Assembly: GCA_017960855.1 (NCBI GenBank)
Contig: JAGCYJ010000003.1
Coordinates: 4,686 to 68,685 of the forward strand
Reading direction: 5' to 3'
Length of the DNA stretch: 64,000 bases
Source: Alphaproteobacteria bacterium
Lineage (GTDB): Bacteria; Pseudomonadota; Alphaproteobacteria; Rs-D84
Shown piece by piece: positions 1 through 9,436 of the stretch. The position numbers and the translations under genes were made by a program. Below the pieces are notes generated by a model, which saw nothing but the letters and a program-made list of their open reading frames with translations, was not told where the DNA came from and did no database searches. Every line of letters starts with the position of its first letter. Position 1 is the first letter of the stretch.

Positions 1-765
1 TTCTTCAATTGCGCCTTCGGCAGAGGTAACACGACCCGTCAATGTTTCCAATGCGGACTTGCTTGCCAAATCTTCAATTGCTTGATCCAATTCATCAGCA
101 GAAACATAATCGCCACTCAACGCAGACAGATCCAACAAGTTTGTCCATGTTGTTCCATCCTTGGTCCATTTCAAAATATCGTTTGTGCTGTCGTACTGAA
201 TATCAATCGCACTGTCCAAATTCAAAGCGTCCGCTAAATATTCTTCCAGTTCAGTCAAATCCAATGACACTTCGTCATTTTCAATTTTGATATAATCGCC
301 AGCGGTCAAAGCATCTTGCTTTTCATTTTCAAGATTTGTGATATCTTGTTCAATCACTTGGGTCGTGTTAAACAACTGTTGAATATTTTGATTGATTTGA
401 TTGATTTCAGCCGGAGTCGCGCCACCTTCACCGGAACCGCCACCACTGGAACCACCACCAGTACTTACCGATGTAGCACCACCTAAATATTTACCAATAG
501 ACAGACGTTCAGTCGGTGTCGTCGTGCCATCTTCATTAGTGCGTGTAGCAGTTGATACAGAACGTGTTGTTGATGGCGAAATACGCAACGAACCAACACG
601 CGCTGTGGTTGTGCCACTGCGTGTCGCCGCCGCGGTTGTGCCATTGTACGTTCCAGTACCACCCAATGCACGAACAGATCCGGCAGCGAACGCATCACCA
701 ACCGAAACGGCGCACAAAACGCACATGATTGAAACTACTGAAATATTTAATGTGTGCTTTTTCAT
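1..765 (-). CDS. Secreted Thr/Ser/Gly-rich coiled-coil protein, C-terminus cut by window edge (adhesin or tail-fibre-like)
   Basis: Absent from the ORF track because it has no stop in the window. ATG at 765-763, and I checked codon by codon that no in-frame stop occurs down to nt 1. N-terminus MKKHTLNISVVSIMCVLCAVSVGDAFA is a Sec signal. It is followed by a T/S/G-rich linker (GGGSSGGGSGEGG) and heptad-like NQINQNIQQLFNTTQVIEQDITNLENEKQ. The plus-strand ORF 401..832 is its antisense shadow. Confidence 0.6.
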   Translation of the reverse strand, partial: MKKHTLNISVVSIMCVLCAVSVGDAFAAGSVRALGGTGTYNGTTAAATRSGTTTARVGSLRISPSTTRSVSTATRTNEDGTTTPTERLSIGKYLGGATSVSTGGGSSGGGSGEGGATPAEINQINQNIQQLFNTTQVIEQDITNLENEKQDALTAGDYIKIENDEVSLDLTELEEYLADALNLDSAIDIQYDSTNDILKWTKDGTTWTNLLDLSALSGDYVSADELDQAIEDLASKSALETLTGRVTSAEGAIEE

Positions 766-828
766 ATCTCTCTCTTATTTCCACTCTATTATATCACATT
801 TGCGAATCGCGACCAAGCCCTTTTTTGG

Positions 829-1575
829 TTAAAATTCATATCTCAAACCGACCGAGATAGAATTAGACAAAACAAGACCCATTTTGTTTTTCAAATAGCA
901 ACCGCCAACTTCGGTGCCGCCTATTTTTGCATCATCAACCCATGTACGTTTTTGGGTTGTGCCATAGAAACCAGCAAGGCGGTAACGCAAATCCAACACT
1001 AAATTGTCATCCAATTTATATGAATAACCCGCCATCAAAGCACCCATTGGGGAAACTTCCATTTTTTTACCGCCACCGCTTGTAAATTCATCATCCGACA
1101 ATTCGGTTTCAGGAAAAGCAACACCAATACCAGCACCAAGATAGATGCCGTTATTGAAATCATAATATCCGTTAAACATTGCATATGGGACAGACAAGGC
1201 AAATTTATATCCTTCGTCTTCATCAGTGAATTTAGAAATGTAACCCGCTTCTAATTCAGCACGCCAAAAATAATTTATGCGTTTACCAAAAGCTAAGTTC
1301 GCACTGAACAGAGGTTCAAAGGAAAAATCATCGCTCTTAAGTGCTTCATTAACAGTTGGAGAATCCGATGAATATTTATTAGTCCAATTTAATAAACTCA
1401 ATTCTGCACGTGCTGCTGCATACCAACCGGACTTTGCCTTGTCTGTGTAATTATACGTCACATCATACGAACCATCAGATGTCCGTGTAATATGGCTTGG
1501 ACGTGGTGTCTTGGTCGCTGCAAACGCAGGTGTAGCAATGGCTAACAGTGCAACAATCGAAATTAATCTCTTCAT
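829..1575 (-). CDS. Outer-membrane beta-barrel protein (Omp25/OmpA-like small porin family)
   Basis: 248 aa. Signal peptide MKRLISIVALLAIATPAFA, alternating aromatic/Gly beta-strand pattern, and C-terminal GLRYEF with a terminal Phe as in BAM substrates. Confidence 0.7.
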   Translation of the reverse strand: MKRLISIVALLAIATPAFAATKTPRPSHITRTSDGSYDVTYNYTDKAKSGWYAAARAELSLLNWTNKYSSDSPTVNEALKSDDFSFEPLFSANLAFGKRINYFWRAELEAGYISKFTDEDEGYKFALSVPYAMFNGYYDFNNGIYLGAGIGVAFPETELSDDEFTSGGGKKMEVSPMGALMAGYSYKLDDNLVLDLRYRLAGFYGTTQKRTWVDDAKIGGTEVGGCYLKNKMGLVLSNSISVGLRYEF

Positions 1576-1646
1576 ATTTTATCCCCCTATTTTTGCTATA
1601 AGTATATCATATTTTACCCCCCTCAAAAAAGTAAAAAAAACATATA

Positions 1647-1676
1647 TTGACAACTTTTTATAAATTTTGCTAAATT
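1647..1676 (+). promoter_or_regulatory. Sigma70-like promoter for pal
   Basis: TTGACA (1647-1652), 18-nt spacer, TAAATT (1671-1676). Confidence 0.4.
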
Positions 1677-1700
1677 TAATTCGTAGTGAAAGGATGTGAA

Positions 1701-2102
1701 ATGAGAAAGATAATGTTTGTCCCTGTTTTGTTGGCTTTGGCGGCGTGTACCGGCACAAAAACAGATATCAATGACGATAAAGTATTCTTTGCTTTCGATT
1801 CGGCTGTGATTGACAGCAGTGCCAAGAAAGAATTAGAAGCGCAATCGTTGTACTTGAAAAAGAACGAAAACGTTAATGTCGTATTAGAAGGTCATTGCGA
1901 CGAACGCGGTTCAACAGAATATAATTTGGCATTGGGTGCGCTGCGCGCGGGAAATGCAGCACACACTTTGGTCAAAGATGGTATTGAACCAGAAAGAATT
2001 AAAACCATTTCTTATGGCAAAGAAAAACCACAGTACAAAGGTACTGGCGAAGAAGTATGGGCCAAGAACAGAAATGTGACAACAAAAACAACAAACAAAT
2101 AA
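1701..2102 (+). CDS. pal: Peptidoglycan-associated lipoprotein Pal (OmpA family)
   Basis: Lipobox LLALAAC. OmpA_C motifs FFAFDSAVI, LEGHCDERGSTEYNLALGALRA and ISYGKEKP. ATG at 1701 follows AAAGGA. The track ORF begins at an upstream GTG (1686). Confidence 0.85.
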   Translation: MRKIMFVPVLLALAACTGTKTDINDDKVFFAFDSAVIDSSAKKELEAQSLYLKKNENVNVVLEGHCDERGSTEYNLALGALRAGNAAHTLVKDGIEPERIKTISYGKEKPQYKGTGEEVWAKNRNVTTKTTNK

Positions 2103-2103
2103 G

Positions 2104-2130
2104 AAATCGCCCGTTTGGGCGATTTTTTTC
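2104..2130 (+). terminator. Intrinsic terminator after pal
   Basis: AAATCGCCC-GTTT-GGGCGATTT followed by a T-run. Confidence 0.7.
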
Positions 2131-2178
2131 TTTTAATTTTCTTGCAAAACTACCTTATTTTTTACTACCATCAAAAAC

Positions 2179-2961
2179 ATGGAAGAAAAGACCATTATAT
2201 CTTTTGCAAATGTTGCGGCAGCGTATGATAACGCGACCGAAGTGCTTACTGACGTATCTTTTAATATCAGCAGTGGTGCGTTTTATTTTCTGTCGGGTGC
2301 ATCAGGTGCCGGTAAAACAACATTACTGCGATTGATATACCAATTACACAAACCCTTGCGCGGACAGATAAAGTTATTTGGGAAAAACACCGCGGAACTT
2401 ACACGTGATGATATTGCTATGTTACGTCACAGAATGGCGATCGTGTTCCAGGAATATTCTTTGTTATCACACATGACGGTGTTTGATAATGTCGCCCTGC
2501 CCCTGCGGGTGCGTGGCATTGCAGAAGCCAAGGTAAAAAAACTGGTGGCCAAGGTTCTTGATTGGGTCGGTCTGGGTAAGTTCGCTGATGTAAAGCCAAT
2601 GGAATTATCGGGCGGACAACAACAACGCGTTTCCGTTGCGCGTGCAATTATTGTTCAACCATCTATATTATTAGCCGACGAGCCAACTGGAAATTTGGAT
2701 GATGAAAACGCATCGCGTTTGATGGAATTATTTATTCAAATGAATAAATTGTTCGGTACGACTATTATTTTGGCCACACATAATACAAAACTGATGGAAA
2801 CATATAAGTTTCCGGTAATACATGTTGAAAACCATCGTGTCGGTTTTGTTGGTAAATCATCCGCCACTGTGCCAGAGGCGAAAAAAGTATGGAAAGGTCC
2901 AACCCCGAAAAACTATTTCACAGAATTATCAAAACAATTTGATGAAATTGGAAACGCATAG
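2179..2961 (+). CDS. ftsE: Cell-division ABC ATPase FtsE
   Basis: Walker A GASGAGKTT, signature LSGGQQQRVSVARA, Walker B LLADEPTGNLD. Directly followed by an FtsX-like permease. Confidence 0.85.
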   Translation: MEEKTIISFANVAAAYDNATEVLTDVSFNISSGAFYFLSGASGAGKTTLLRLIYQLHKPLRGQIKLFGKNTAELTRDDIAMLRHRMAIVFQEYSLLSHMTVFDNVALPLRVRGIAEAKVKKLVAKVLDWVGLGKFADVKPMELSGGQQQRVSVARAIIVQPSILLADEPTGNLDDENASRLMELFIQMNKLFGTTIILATHNTKLMETYKFPVIHVENHRVGFVGKSSATVPEAKKVWKGPTPKNYFTELSKQFDEIGNA

Positions 2962-3798
2962 ATGAAACGAGCAACTGTATTTTCACTGGTCCGCGAACAA
3001 TCCGTCTTTATGACGGCGATTATGGGTTTGCTCTCTTTCATGGCGGTGTTGGCGTTGGGTGTCGCGATTTCAATTGGAACCGGTGTTATGCGCTGGAATG
3101 CGCAGTGGGATTTATATGCCACGGTTCAGGTTACAAATCAGAAAAACGAATCGGATGTTGCCAAGATATTAAACACCAACGCATCAAAAATCGAAACAAT
3201 GCGCGAAATCACAAATGATGAAATGTTGCGCTTAATGCGCCCTTGGGTTTCAGGCGGCAGCACATTAAAAAATTATTTACCCAAAATGTGGGAGGTTCGC
3301 TTTAAATCCGAATCGGATTTGAACGAAATTTCTGACAAAGTTGCACCGTATGGCCGCTTCCTTACACATGCAGATGCGTTGCAAACACCTATGTCGGCTG
3401 GTTGGAAAATGGCGTTTATTGCCGGACTTATTTTGGCACTGACATTGGGCGCAATTGCGGTATGTGTTTCATATATCGCACGTAATACCGCAATGTTGCA
3501 TAAACGCGAACTGGAAATATTGAACCAGATTGGCGCAACCGATTCGTTTGTTGCGCGCCAAATGCAGATTATTGTTTCGCGCATATGCGTTGTTGCGTGT
3601 TTTGTCGGGTTTCTTTTTGCGGTGCCGGCATTATTACTTATAATTTCATCTGCCCATTCGGCACGCGTTGGTTTAATGGCAATGTTGGCGATAAATGGTG
3701 GTGGTTGGATTTGTCTGGCACTGATGCCGTTTGCGATAACAATATTTGCGATATGGATGACGCGTCGTACGACAATAAAAATATTACGAAACGAATAA
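2962..3798 (+). CDS. ftsX: Cell-division permease-like protein FtsX
   Basis: 278 aa. One N-terminal TM, a periplasmic loop and three C-terminal TM helices. Starts 1 nt after the ftsE stop. Confidence 0.75.
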   Translation: MKRATVFSLVREQSVFMTAIMGLLSFMAVLALGVAISIGTGVMRWNAQWDLYATVQVTNQKNESDVAKILNTNASKIETMREITNDEMLRLMRPWVSGGSTLKNYLPKMWEVRFKSESDLNEISDKVAPYGRFLTHADALQTPMSAGWKMAFIAGLILALTLGAIAVCVSYIARNTAMLHKRELEILNQIGATDSFVARQMQIIVSRICVVACFVGFLFAVPALLLIISSAHSARVGLMAMLAINGGGWICLALMPFAITIFAIWMTRRTTIKILRNE

Positions 3799-4310
3799 TG
3801 AAATTTTTAACCCCACCTTTTGTTGTTTTGGGATTGTTTGTCATCGGTGGCATGGTGTTCAAGTCGTACGCACCACGAACATGTGGCGAAATTATGCCAG
3901 ATGACAGTTTGTTTGTTTTAACTGGTGATGTCCGCCGTATTCCGTTCGCCATGCGTCAGGTTCGCCAATTTCCAGATACAGACATATATATAATTGGTGC
4001 GGGTGCCGAAACGGCGGCATCTGATGCAGATCATCCGGTACTGATTGAATCAGAATCTAAATCAACATATCAGAACGCATTGGCAATAAAAAACATTGTT
4101 GAAACGACGGGTCTTGACCGAATCGTTATCGTCACCACCGAAGATCATATGAACCGCGCCGAACATTTGATACGGCATGAATTACCAACAACAGAAATCG
4201 TCACTTGTCCGGCAACTTTATACGGTATGCCGGCGACCAAACGATTGGAACGTTGGACGACTGAATATATAAAATATTTGGTCACACTGATTGGAATAAA
4301 AGAGGGTTAA
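3798..4310 (+). CDS. DUF218 / YdcF-SanA family protein
   Basis: ATG at 3798 overlaps the ftsX TAA. N-terminal TM helix. Motifs FVLTGD, ESESKSTYQNA and VTTEDHMNRA match the DUF218 pattern. Confidence 0.6.
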   Translation: MKFLTPPFVVLGLFVIGGMVFKSYAPRTCGEIMPDDSLFVLTGDVRRIPFAMRQVRQFPDTDIYIIGAGAETAASDADHPVLIESESKSTYQNALAIKNIVETTGLDRIVIVTTEDHMNRAEHLIRHELPTTEIVTCPATLYGMPATKRLERWTTEYIKYLVTLIGIKEG

Positions 4311-5018
4311 ATGTTCAGAACCATTATTTTTAAAATCGCATCAGCCATACATTTTATTTTATGGGCGCCGATATTGCTTGTCGGTTTAGTCAGCGCACGC
4401 CTGTCGCACTTCTTGGTCGTCAGTTGCGCACGCGGTTTGGCATTGTTGGCACGTATTATATGCGGTGTAAAATATCAGGTACATTTTCCCCTGACCGAAG
4501 AAAATGGAATCCCAATGTTGCCAAATGGCAATTCGCGTTTTGATGGCAAGGCCATTATTGCAGCAAAACATATGTCTTTGTTGGAAATCGTTGTTTTGTC
4601 GCATGTTGTGCCAAACGCGTTTTTTATCTGCAAGCGCGAGATTATGTGGTTGCCGATTTACGGTTGGGCATTTTGGCGCATGGGTTTGTTGCCGGTCAAT
4701 CGTTCACGCGGAAAAACGAACTTGAAAAAATTAGAACATGATGTCGCAAAAAAAATTATGGACGGGCGCACACTTGTCATCTTTCCCGAAGGGACACGTG
4801 TAAAGCCGGGCGCGCACCAGCCACTACGTCGTGGGCTGTTGTTCTTGGCACATGAATTAAGATTACCGATTTTACCGGTTGGCACCGATACGGGGCTTTA
4901 TTGGCCAAAGCATGGTAAAATGACCGCGGGTACCGCGAACATATATTTTGAACCAATGTTGCCGTGCAACGCATCATTGGAAGAAATAACCGAGGCAATA
5001 AACCGCCACAGCGCATAA
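4311..5018 (+). CDS. plsC: 1-acyl-sn-glycerol-3-phosphate (lysophospholipid) acyltransferase family protein
   Basis: Acyltransferase blocks AAKHMSLLE (HX4D/E variant) and FPEGTR. Starts immediately after the upstream stop. Confidence 0.7.
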   Translation: MFRTIIFKIASAIHFILWAPILLVGLVSARLSHFLVVSCARGLALLARIICGVKYQVHFPLTEENGIPMLPNGNSRFDGKAIIAAKHMSLLEIVVLSHVVPNAFFICKREIMWLPIYGWAFWRMGLLPVNRSRGKTNLKKLEHDVAKKIMDGRTLVIFPEGTRVKPGAHQPLRRGLLFLAHELRLPILPVGTDTGLYWPKHGKMTAGTANIYFEPMLPCNASLEEITEAINRHSA

Positions 5019-5024
5019 GAAAAT

Positions 5025-5051
5025 AAAAAATCTGGCAATGCCAGATTTTTT
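5025..5051. terminator. Bidirectional terminator between plsC and the nuclease gene
   Basis: A-run, TCTGGC-AAT-GCCAGA, T-run. Confidence 0.6.
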
Positions 5052-5457
5052 ATTCACACCAACTTTTGCGTTTACCGCCACTATACGCACGTCCAAGTTT
5101 TTCGTTTATTAAAACCTGCCCTGCGTCGCGCCCATCCGGCAAAATCACATTGGCATCAATTCGACCAATATATTTATCATCTTTGATATTCTTTAAATTA
5201 ACAACCGTCCCACGTGGAACCAATTTCATCAATCGTTCGCGCGCCATATTTGCACGCTGAATTTCGCTGTCGCATTCGCCATGCATTTCCGGCGTATCAA
5301 CATTTATCAGACGAACCCGCACATTAACATCTGCACCATCATCAACATGTGCAACTGCCGCAAAAGTATCCCCGTCATAAACATAATCTACCGTCGCCGG
5401 CATTGCGCTCGCATTTCCAACAATAAACAGAAAACATGCGATTAAACCTAACTTCAT
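5050..5457 (-). CDS. Secreted staphylococcal-nuclease-like (thermonuclease) protein
   Basis: Signal peptide MKLGLIACFLFIVGNASA. SNase motifs YDGDTF and VRLINVDTPE. ATG 5457-5455 overlaps the TGA of the upstream ABC gene (ATGA). Confidence 0.75.
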   Translation of the reverse strand: MKLGLIACFLFIVGNASAMPATVDYVYDGDTFAAVAHVDDGADVNVRVRLINVDTPEMHGECDSEIQRANMARERLMKLVPRGTVVNLKNIKDDKYIGRIDANVILPDGRDAGQVLINEKLGRAYSGGKRKSWCE

Positions 5458-7205
5458 CCTATAAATCCGTTCGTCTGCATATCCCACAGTTTTTTATACG
5501 CCCCACCACGACGCAGCAAAGCGGCATGGCTTCCGGACTCTATTATGCGACCATGGCTCATTACGACAATGCGATCCATATTCCGCAGCGTTGATAAACG
5601 GTGTGCCACCGCAATAGTCGTCTTTTTGTTCATAACCATTTTTAGCGATTTCTGAATAAACATCTCGTTTTGGGAATCCAGCGCAGACGTCGCTTCGTCC
5701 AAAATCAAAATCGGTGCATTTTTAAGCAACGCACGCGCAATCGCAATTCTTTGCCGTTGCCCGCCCGACAATTTGATTCCACGGTTTCCAACCAACGTGT
5801 CATACCCATTAGGCAACGACATAATAAATTCGTGTATATGTGCGCGCTTTGCCGCCGTAATCACGTCGTTACGTGATGCATGTGGTCGCGCATAGCGAAT
5901 GTTTTCCAATATAGAACGATTAAACAAAACGGACTCTTGTGGAACATATGAAATATTTTGGCGCAAACTATCTTGTTTTACCGCACGAATATCAATTCCA
6001 TTTACCAAAATTGCACCTTCCTCGACATCATACATGCGCAGCAGCAAACTGCACAATGTTGATTTACCCGCACCAGACAAACCAACCAGACCTATCTTTT
6101 CGCCGGGATTTATGTGCAGATTAAACTGTTTTAGAACGCCACGCGAACCATAACCAAAAGACACATTTTCAAAATCAACCGCCGGTGCTTCATCGATTCG
6201 GATATTCTTGGCATTTTCCGCATCTGCAACTTTTATATGTGCATTTATCTTTTCCCATGCGACCGTTGCAATCGCAGATGCTTCGGAATAATTTTGAATC
6301 AATTTGTTCATATTGGTAAATGCCATTGTTATTGTTGAAAAAGATGACAAAACAAAAGCCAAATCTGATACATTCATCTGCCCGTGTACAACTAAAACGA
6401 TACTCAACAAAATCACACCAACGCCACACAAATCGGACAAGATACCTGTCGGCACCCAACGCAACCTATCTTGATATTCCCACCTTTGTCTTAATTGTAT
6501 CAATGGCTTTCTTGCTTCATACACATATTGTGCTTCGAACTCTGCATTGCCATTTTGTTTTACATTTAATGCATTATCCAATCCATCGGTACGAACACCT
6601 TTCCACTTGGCACTTTCCAACGAAAATTCCCGACGCGTTTTATTCACTGGTTTTAACTTAAAATACTGCCACACAACTCGGATTATGCCGTTAGCCAGTG
6701 TTATGACCAAAATCCAGATATTAACACGCAACAATATCCCAATAATAGCTATGAACCCCAAGGTCACCCCAATAATATCCGCCCAAAATTGAGCTGTCAT
6801 AGTATATTGTCGCGCCGAAACATCTTCGCACCATGATAACAGTTGACCAGATGGGTTATCTATGAAATATTGACCATCATTTTGAAATATGCGTTCGGAC
6901 AATAGCATATTTTTATATGCATTTGCACGTTGTTCGTAATGCCCGGTTGCCACAGACATCACGATACCAGTTACTGTTTCAATAAGATACAAAAACAACA
7001 CAGCTAAAACAACATATATAACAAATTTAACATTGTACATATTGTTGTTATCAAAAATAGAAAAGACCAGTTTGTTGCTAATCGGCCTTATCAACATGTG
7101 CAAAACCGACATCAATATCCCGCCGAAAAACAACGTCCCAAAATATAGTGGAAACTTTCTAACAATCAGCCAGTAAAAACCTTTTACCGTCTTGGGAAAC
7201 GTCAT
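5454..7205 (-). CDS. ABC exporter, fused permease/ATPase (MsbA-like type I exporter)
   Basis: 583 aa. Six-TM N-terminal half, Walker A GLSGAGKST, signature LSGGQRQRIAIARA, Walker B ILILDEATSALD. Confidence 0.85.
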   Translation of the reverse strand: MTFPKTVKGFYWLIVRKFPLYFGTLFFGGILMSVLHMLIRPISNKLVFSIFDNNNMYNVKFVIYVVLAVLFLYLIETVTGIVMSVATGHYEQRANAYKNMLLSERIFQNDGQYFIDNPSGQLLSWCEDVSARQYTMTAQFWADIIGVTLGFIAIIGILLRVNIWILVITLANGIIRVVWQYFKLKPVNKTRREFSLESAKWKGVRTDGLDNALNVKQNGNAEFEAQYVYEARKPLIQLRQRWEYQDRLRWVPTGILSDLCGVGVILLSIVLVVHGQMNVSDLAFVLSSFSTITMAFTNMNKLIQNYSEASAIATVAWEKINAHIKVADAENAKNIRIDEAPAVDFENVSFGYGSRGVLKQFNLHINPGEKIGLVGLSGAGKSTLCSLLLRMYDVEEGAILVNGIDIRAVKQDSLRQNISYVPQESVLFNRSILENIRYARPHASRNDVITAAKRAHIHEFIMSLPNGYDTLVGNRGIKLSGGQRQRIAIARALLKNAPILILDEATSALDSQNEMFIQKSLKMVMNKKTTIAVAHRLSTLRNMDRIVVMSHGRIIESGSHAALLRRGGAYKKLWDMQTNGFIG

Positions 7206-7230
7206 TTTCTCTCCGCCCTTTCTGTTGGTC

Positions 7231-8550
7231 TTACATCAATCGTGGCGACCAAGTCGGTTCCAGGCCGTTCACATTATCAGGCAAATCAATGTCGTAAATG
7301 TTTTGACCCGTTATATCAACGCTGCGAATATGGCTTATACGTTCAATATCGTCATCCGCCTTTTCGGTTTCGTAATACACGATGCGACGCGAACCCGGCG
7401 CCCATGACGGTGCCTCCATAAACCAGCCACCAGCCAAAATCTTTTCGTTACGCCCGCGCGGATCCATAATGCCGACATAAAAGGTGTCGTCTGCAATTTT
7501 TGTAAATGCGATAAATTGTCCGTCCGGTGACCATGCTGGTGTCGCATACCGCCCCGCCCCGTATGTTATGCGTTCTTCCGCCAAGGTGTCCAAATCCAAG
7601 ACATGAATCTGTTGACGCCCAGAACGGTCAGAGTTAAATGCCATCTTTTTACCATCCGGCGAATAGGACGGACTGGTATCAATTGAATCACCAAAGGTCA
7701 ATTGGCGCAGGGTTTTATTTTCCATATCGTATTCATATATATGTGTGATGCCATTTTTTACCAACGACAATGCAATCTTTTTACCATCCGGTGAAAAACG
7801 TGGCGCAAAGTTCATACCACCAAATTGTCCCAAACGACGTTGCGCGCCCGTATCCAAATCCAATGACCATACCATCGGGTCATCATCGCGATAAGACAAG
7901 AACACAACCGTACGCATATTCGGTGAAAAATGCGGCGACATAACAAATGTCTTTTCATCAGATAAATACCGCATGCCATAACCATCATAGTCCATAATTG
8001 CCATACGCTTAACCCGCTTATGTATCGGACCCGTTTCTGCGATAAATACGATTTGGGTATCAAAATAACCAACTTCACCAGTCAGCCGTTCATAAATCGC
8101 GTCCGCCATAATATGTGCCAAACGACGCGCTGACTTCTTGGACGCGACCAAACTTTGTGCCTCTATTTGTTCGGTGCCATTTATATCCCAAACAAAGAAT
8201 TCCAATTTATATTTATTACCACCTTCTACATTCATACGTGCCTGGACCAGAACCTGGGTTTTTATTGCCATCCAAGATTTAAAGTTTGGCATTTCGCCCA
8301 TTTTTACATGTTCTGGAAACGCATCGTGCGAAACAATACGAAACAGACCGGTACGTTTTAAGTCGCTTTCCACCACTTCGCGTATCATTTTTGCATCCGC
8401 ATCCGCGACACCGACACTGGTTTCAAATTTCTGAACAGCGATTGAAGTCGGTTCCAAAGCACCCGCAACAATATCAACTTTTAATTCTGCACGCGCCGGC
8501 ATAACGACAGCGACAAAAATTGCGAACAACGCAAATATTTTCTTAAGCAT
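7231..8550 (-). CDS. tolB: Tol-Pal system beta-propeller protein TolB
   Basis: Signal peptide MLKKIFALFAIFVAVVMPARA. Repeated P.WSPDG propeller motifs (FSPDGKKIA, YSPDGKKMAF, WSPDGQFIAF). ATG at 8550 is preceded by GGAAAGGAAG. Confidence 0.9.
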   Translation of the reverse strand: MLKKIFALFAIFVAVVMPARAELKVDIVAGALEPTSIAVQKFETSVGVADADAKMIREVVESDLKRTGLFRIVSHDAFPEHVKMGEMPNFKSWMAIKTQVLVQARMNVEGGNKYKLEFFVWDINGTEQIEAQSLVASKKSARRLAHIMADAIYERLTGEVGYFDTQIVFIAETGPIHKRVKRMAIMDYDGYGMRYLSDEKTFVMSPHFSPNMRTVVFLSYRDDDPMVWSLDLDTGAQRRLGQFGGMNFAPRFSPDGKKIALSLVKNGITHIYEYDMENKTLRQLTFGDSIDTSPSYSPDGKKMAFNSDRSGRQQIHVLDLDTLAEERITYGAGRYATPAWSPDGQFIAFTKIADDTFYVGIMDPRGRNEKILAGGWFMEAPSWAPGSRRIVYYETEKADDDIERISHIRSVDITGQNIYDIDLPDNVNGLEPTWSPRLM

Positions 8551-8657
8551 ATTTCTTCCTTTCCTTGATAACAATCGCATTGTAAACACACCATTTATAA
8601 AAAGCAAAATATTATTTCATTTTACCCCAAAACAAATACAACACACCCGCCCCCACA

Positions 8658-8754
8658 ACCGTGATTACAGCAGTAATTACAAGTGTATTTATATTTGTAT
8701 TGACAAGTGTAAATACACTGATATAGTCAGTTGTAATCACGGTTGTATTGTTTA
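8658..8754 (+). promoter_or_regulatory. Nested palindromic operator overlapping a near-consensus promoter upstream of the RHH gene
   Basis: Outer arms AACCGTGATTACA (8658-8670) and TGTAATCACGGTT (8742-8754). Inner arms AGTGTATTTA and TAAATACACT. TTGACA (8700-8705), 16-nt spacer, TATAGT (8722-8727). Confidence 0.5.
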
Positions 8755-8772
8755 TTGTATAGGGGTGTGTAA

Positions 8773-8994
8773 ATGCCAAATGTTATGCAACAATTGTTCA
8801 TTATGAATATAGAGGCCTTGCTGCGTGAATATGCCGCGTACAAGACGTTTAACAAATCCGATTGTGTTATCAATATGCGTATTCCAAAGCCCGTTCTGGA
8901 CAAGATTAAACAACTGGCGGAACAACAACATGTCCCCTATCAGTCATTGATATCATCTGTTTTATTTTCATTGGCAAATGTAGAAGATAAATAA
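8773..8994 (+). CDS. Ribbon-helix-helix (CopG / BrnA-antitoxin-like) DNA-binding protein, no partner toxin
   Basis: 73 aa. INMRIPKPVLDKIKQLAEQQHVPYQSLISSVL fits the RHH strand-helix-helix pattern of CopG/BrnA antitoxins. Preceded by a palindromic promoter region. Confidence 0.5.
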   Translation: MPNVMQQLFIMNIEALLREYAAYKTFNKSDCVINMRIPKPVLDKIKQLAEQQHVPYQSLISSVLFSLANVEDK

Positions 8995-9000
8995 GAAATA

Positions 9001-9029
9001 AAAAACGCGGTCAAACGACCGCGTTTTGC
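9001..9029. terminator. Bidirectional terminator (RHH gene / VirB2-like gene)
   Basis: AACGCGGTC-AAAC-GACCGCGTT flanked by A-runs and T-runs. Confidence 0.65.
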
Positions 9030-9044
9030 TATCCTACAACCTTA

Positions 9045-9404
9045 TTAACCGAATACTGATGTCATATCCATATTACCGCACACATCGCTATTTCCAAGAC
9101 CGATTACAAAGTTCAATATAAGACCGACCAAGAACAACAGGATAAAGCCAACCAATAATCCGGTACCCTTGGTCTTAATATCTTTCATTTCGGCCTTACC
9201 ACTGGCGATATACTCCCAAGCCCAACCAGCAATAAAGAACGCAGCACCAATAAATGCAAACGTACGTAATATTTTGAACACATCGCCCAATTCCCTAATC
9301 AAGTCACACATAGCAGAATTCTGTGGATTAACCAGAGCAAACGCCGGCAACGTAGTCATCGCCGCGATAATTGCCAAATTAAATTTATTCATAATTTTCT
9401 TCAT
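9045..9404 (-). CDS. Small exported two-TM protein, TrbC/VirB2 (T4SS pilin)-like topology
   Basis: 119 aa. Signal peptide ending PAFA, then two hydrophobic helices (FAFIGAAFFIAGWAW and LLVGFILLFLVGLILNFVIG) separated by a charged loop, as in VirB2/TrbC. Similarity judged by eye only. Confidence 0.35.
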   Translation of the reverse strand: MKKIMNKFNLAIIAAMTTLPAFALVNPQNSAMCDLIRELGDVFKILRTFAFIGAAFFIAGWAWEYIASGKAEMKDIKTKGTGLLVGFILLFLVGLILNFVIGLGNSDVCGNMDMTSVFG

Positions 9405-9436
9405 ATAAAACCCCTTTTATATTTTCTCGTAATGTA

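Noticed and set aside
401-832. Plus-strand ORF (143 aa), proline-rich (PPSPEPPPLEPPP)
   Set aside because: It is the antisense shadow of the better-supported minus-strand gene 1..765, which has a signal peptide, an RBS and a continuous frame to the window edge. Its low-complexity composition mirrors the Gly/Ser codons on the other strand.
1617-1640. C6 and A8 homopolymer tracts in the divergent OMP/pal promoter region as phase-variation switches
   Set aside because: The tracts are short, since known contingency tracts are usually 8-9 nt or longer for G/C. Their position relative to a convincing OMP promoter is unclear.
3585-3797. N-terminal extension of the DUF218 ORF (track start 3585)
   Set aside because: It overlaps the last 214 nt of ftsX in another frame. 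The ATG at 3798, overlapping the ftsX stop, gives a sensible TM-anchored N-terminus.
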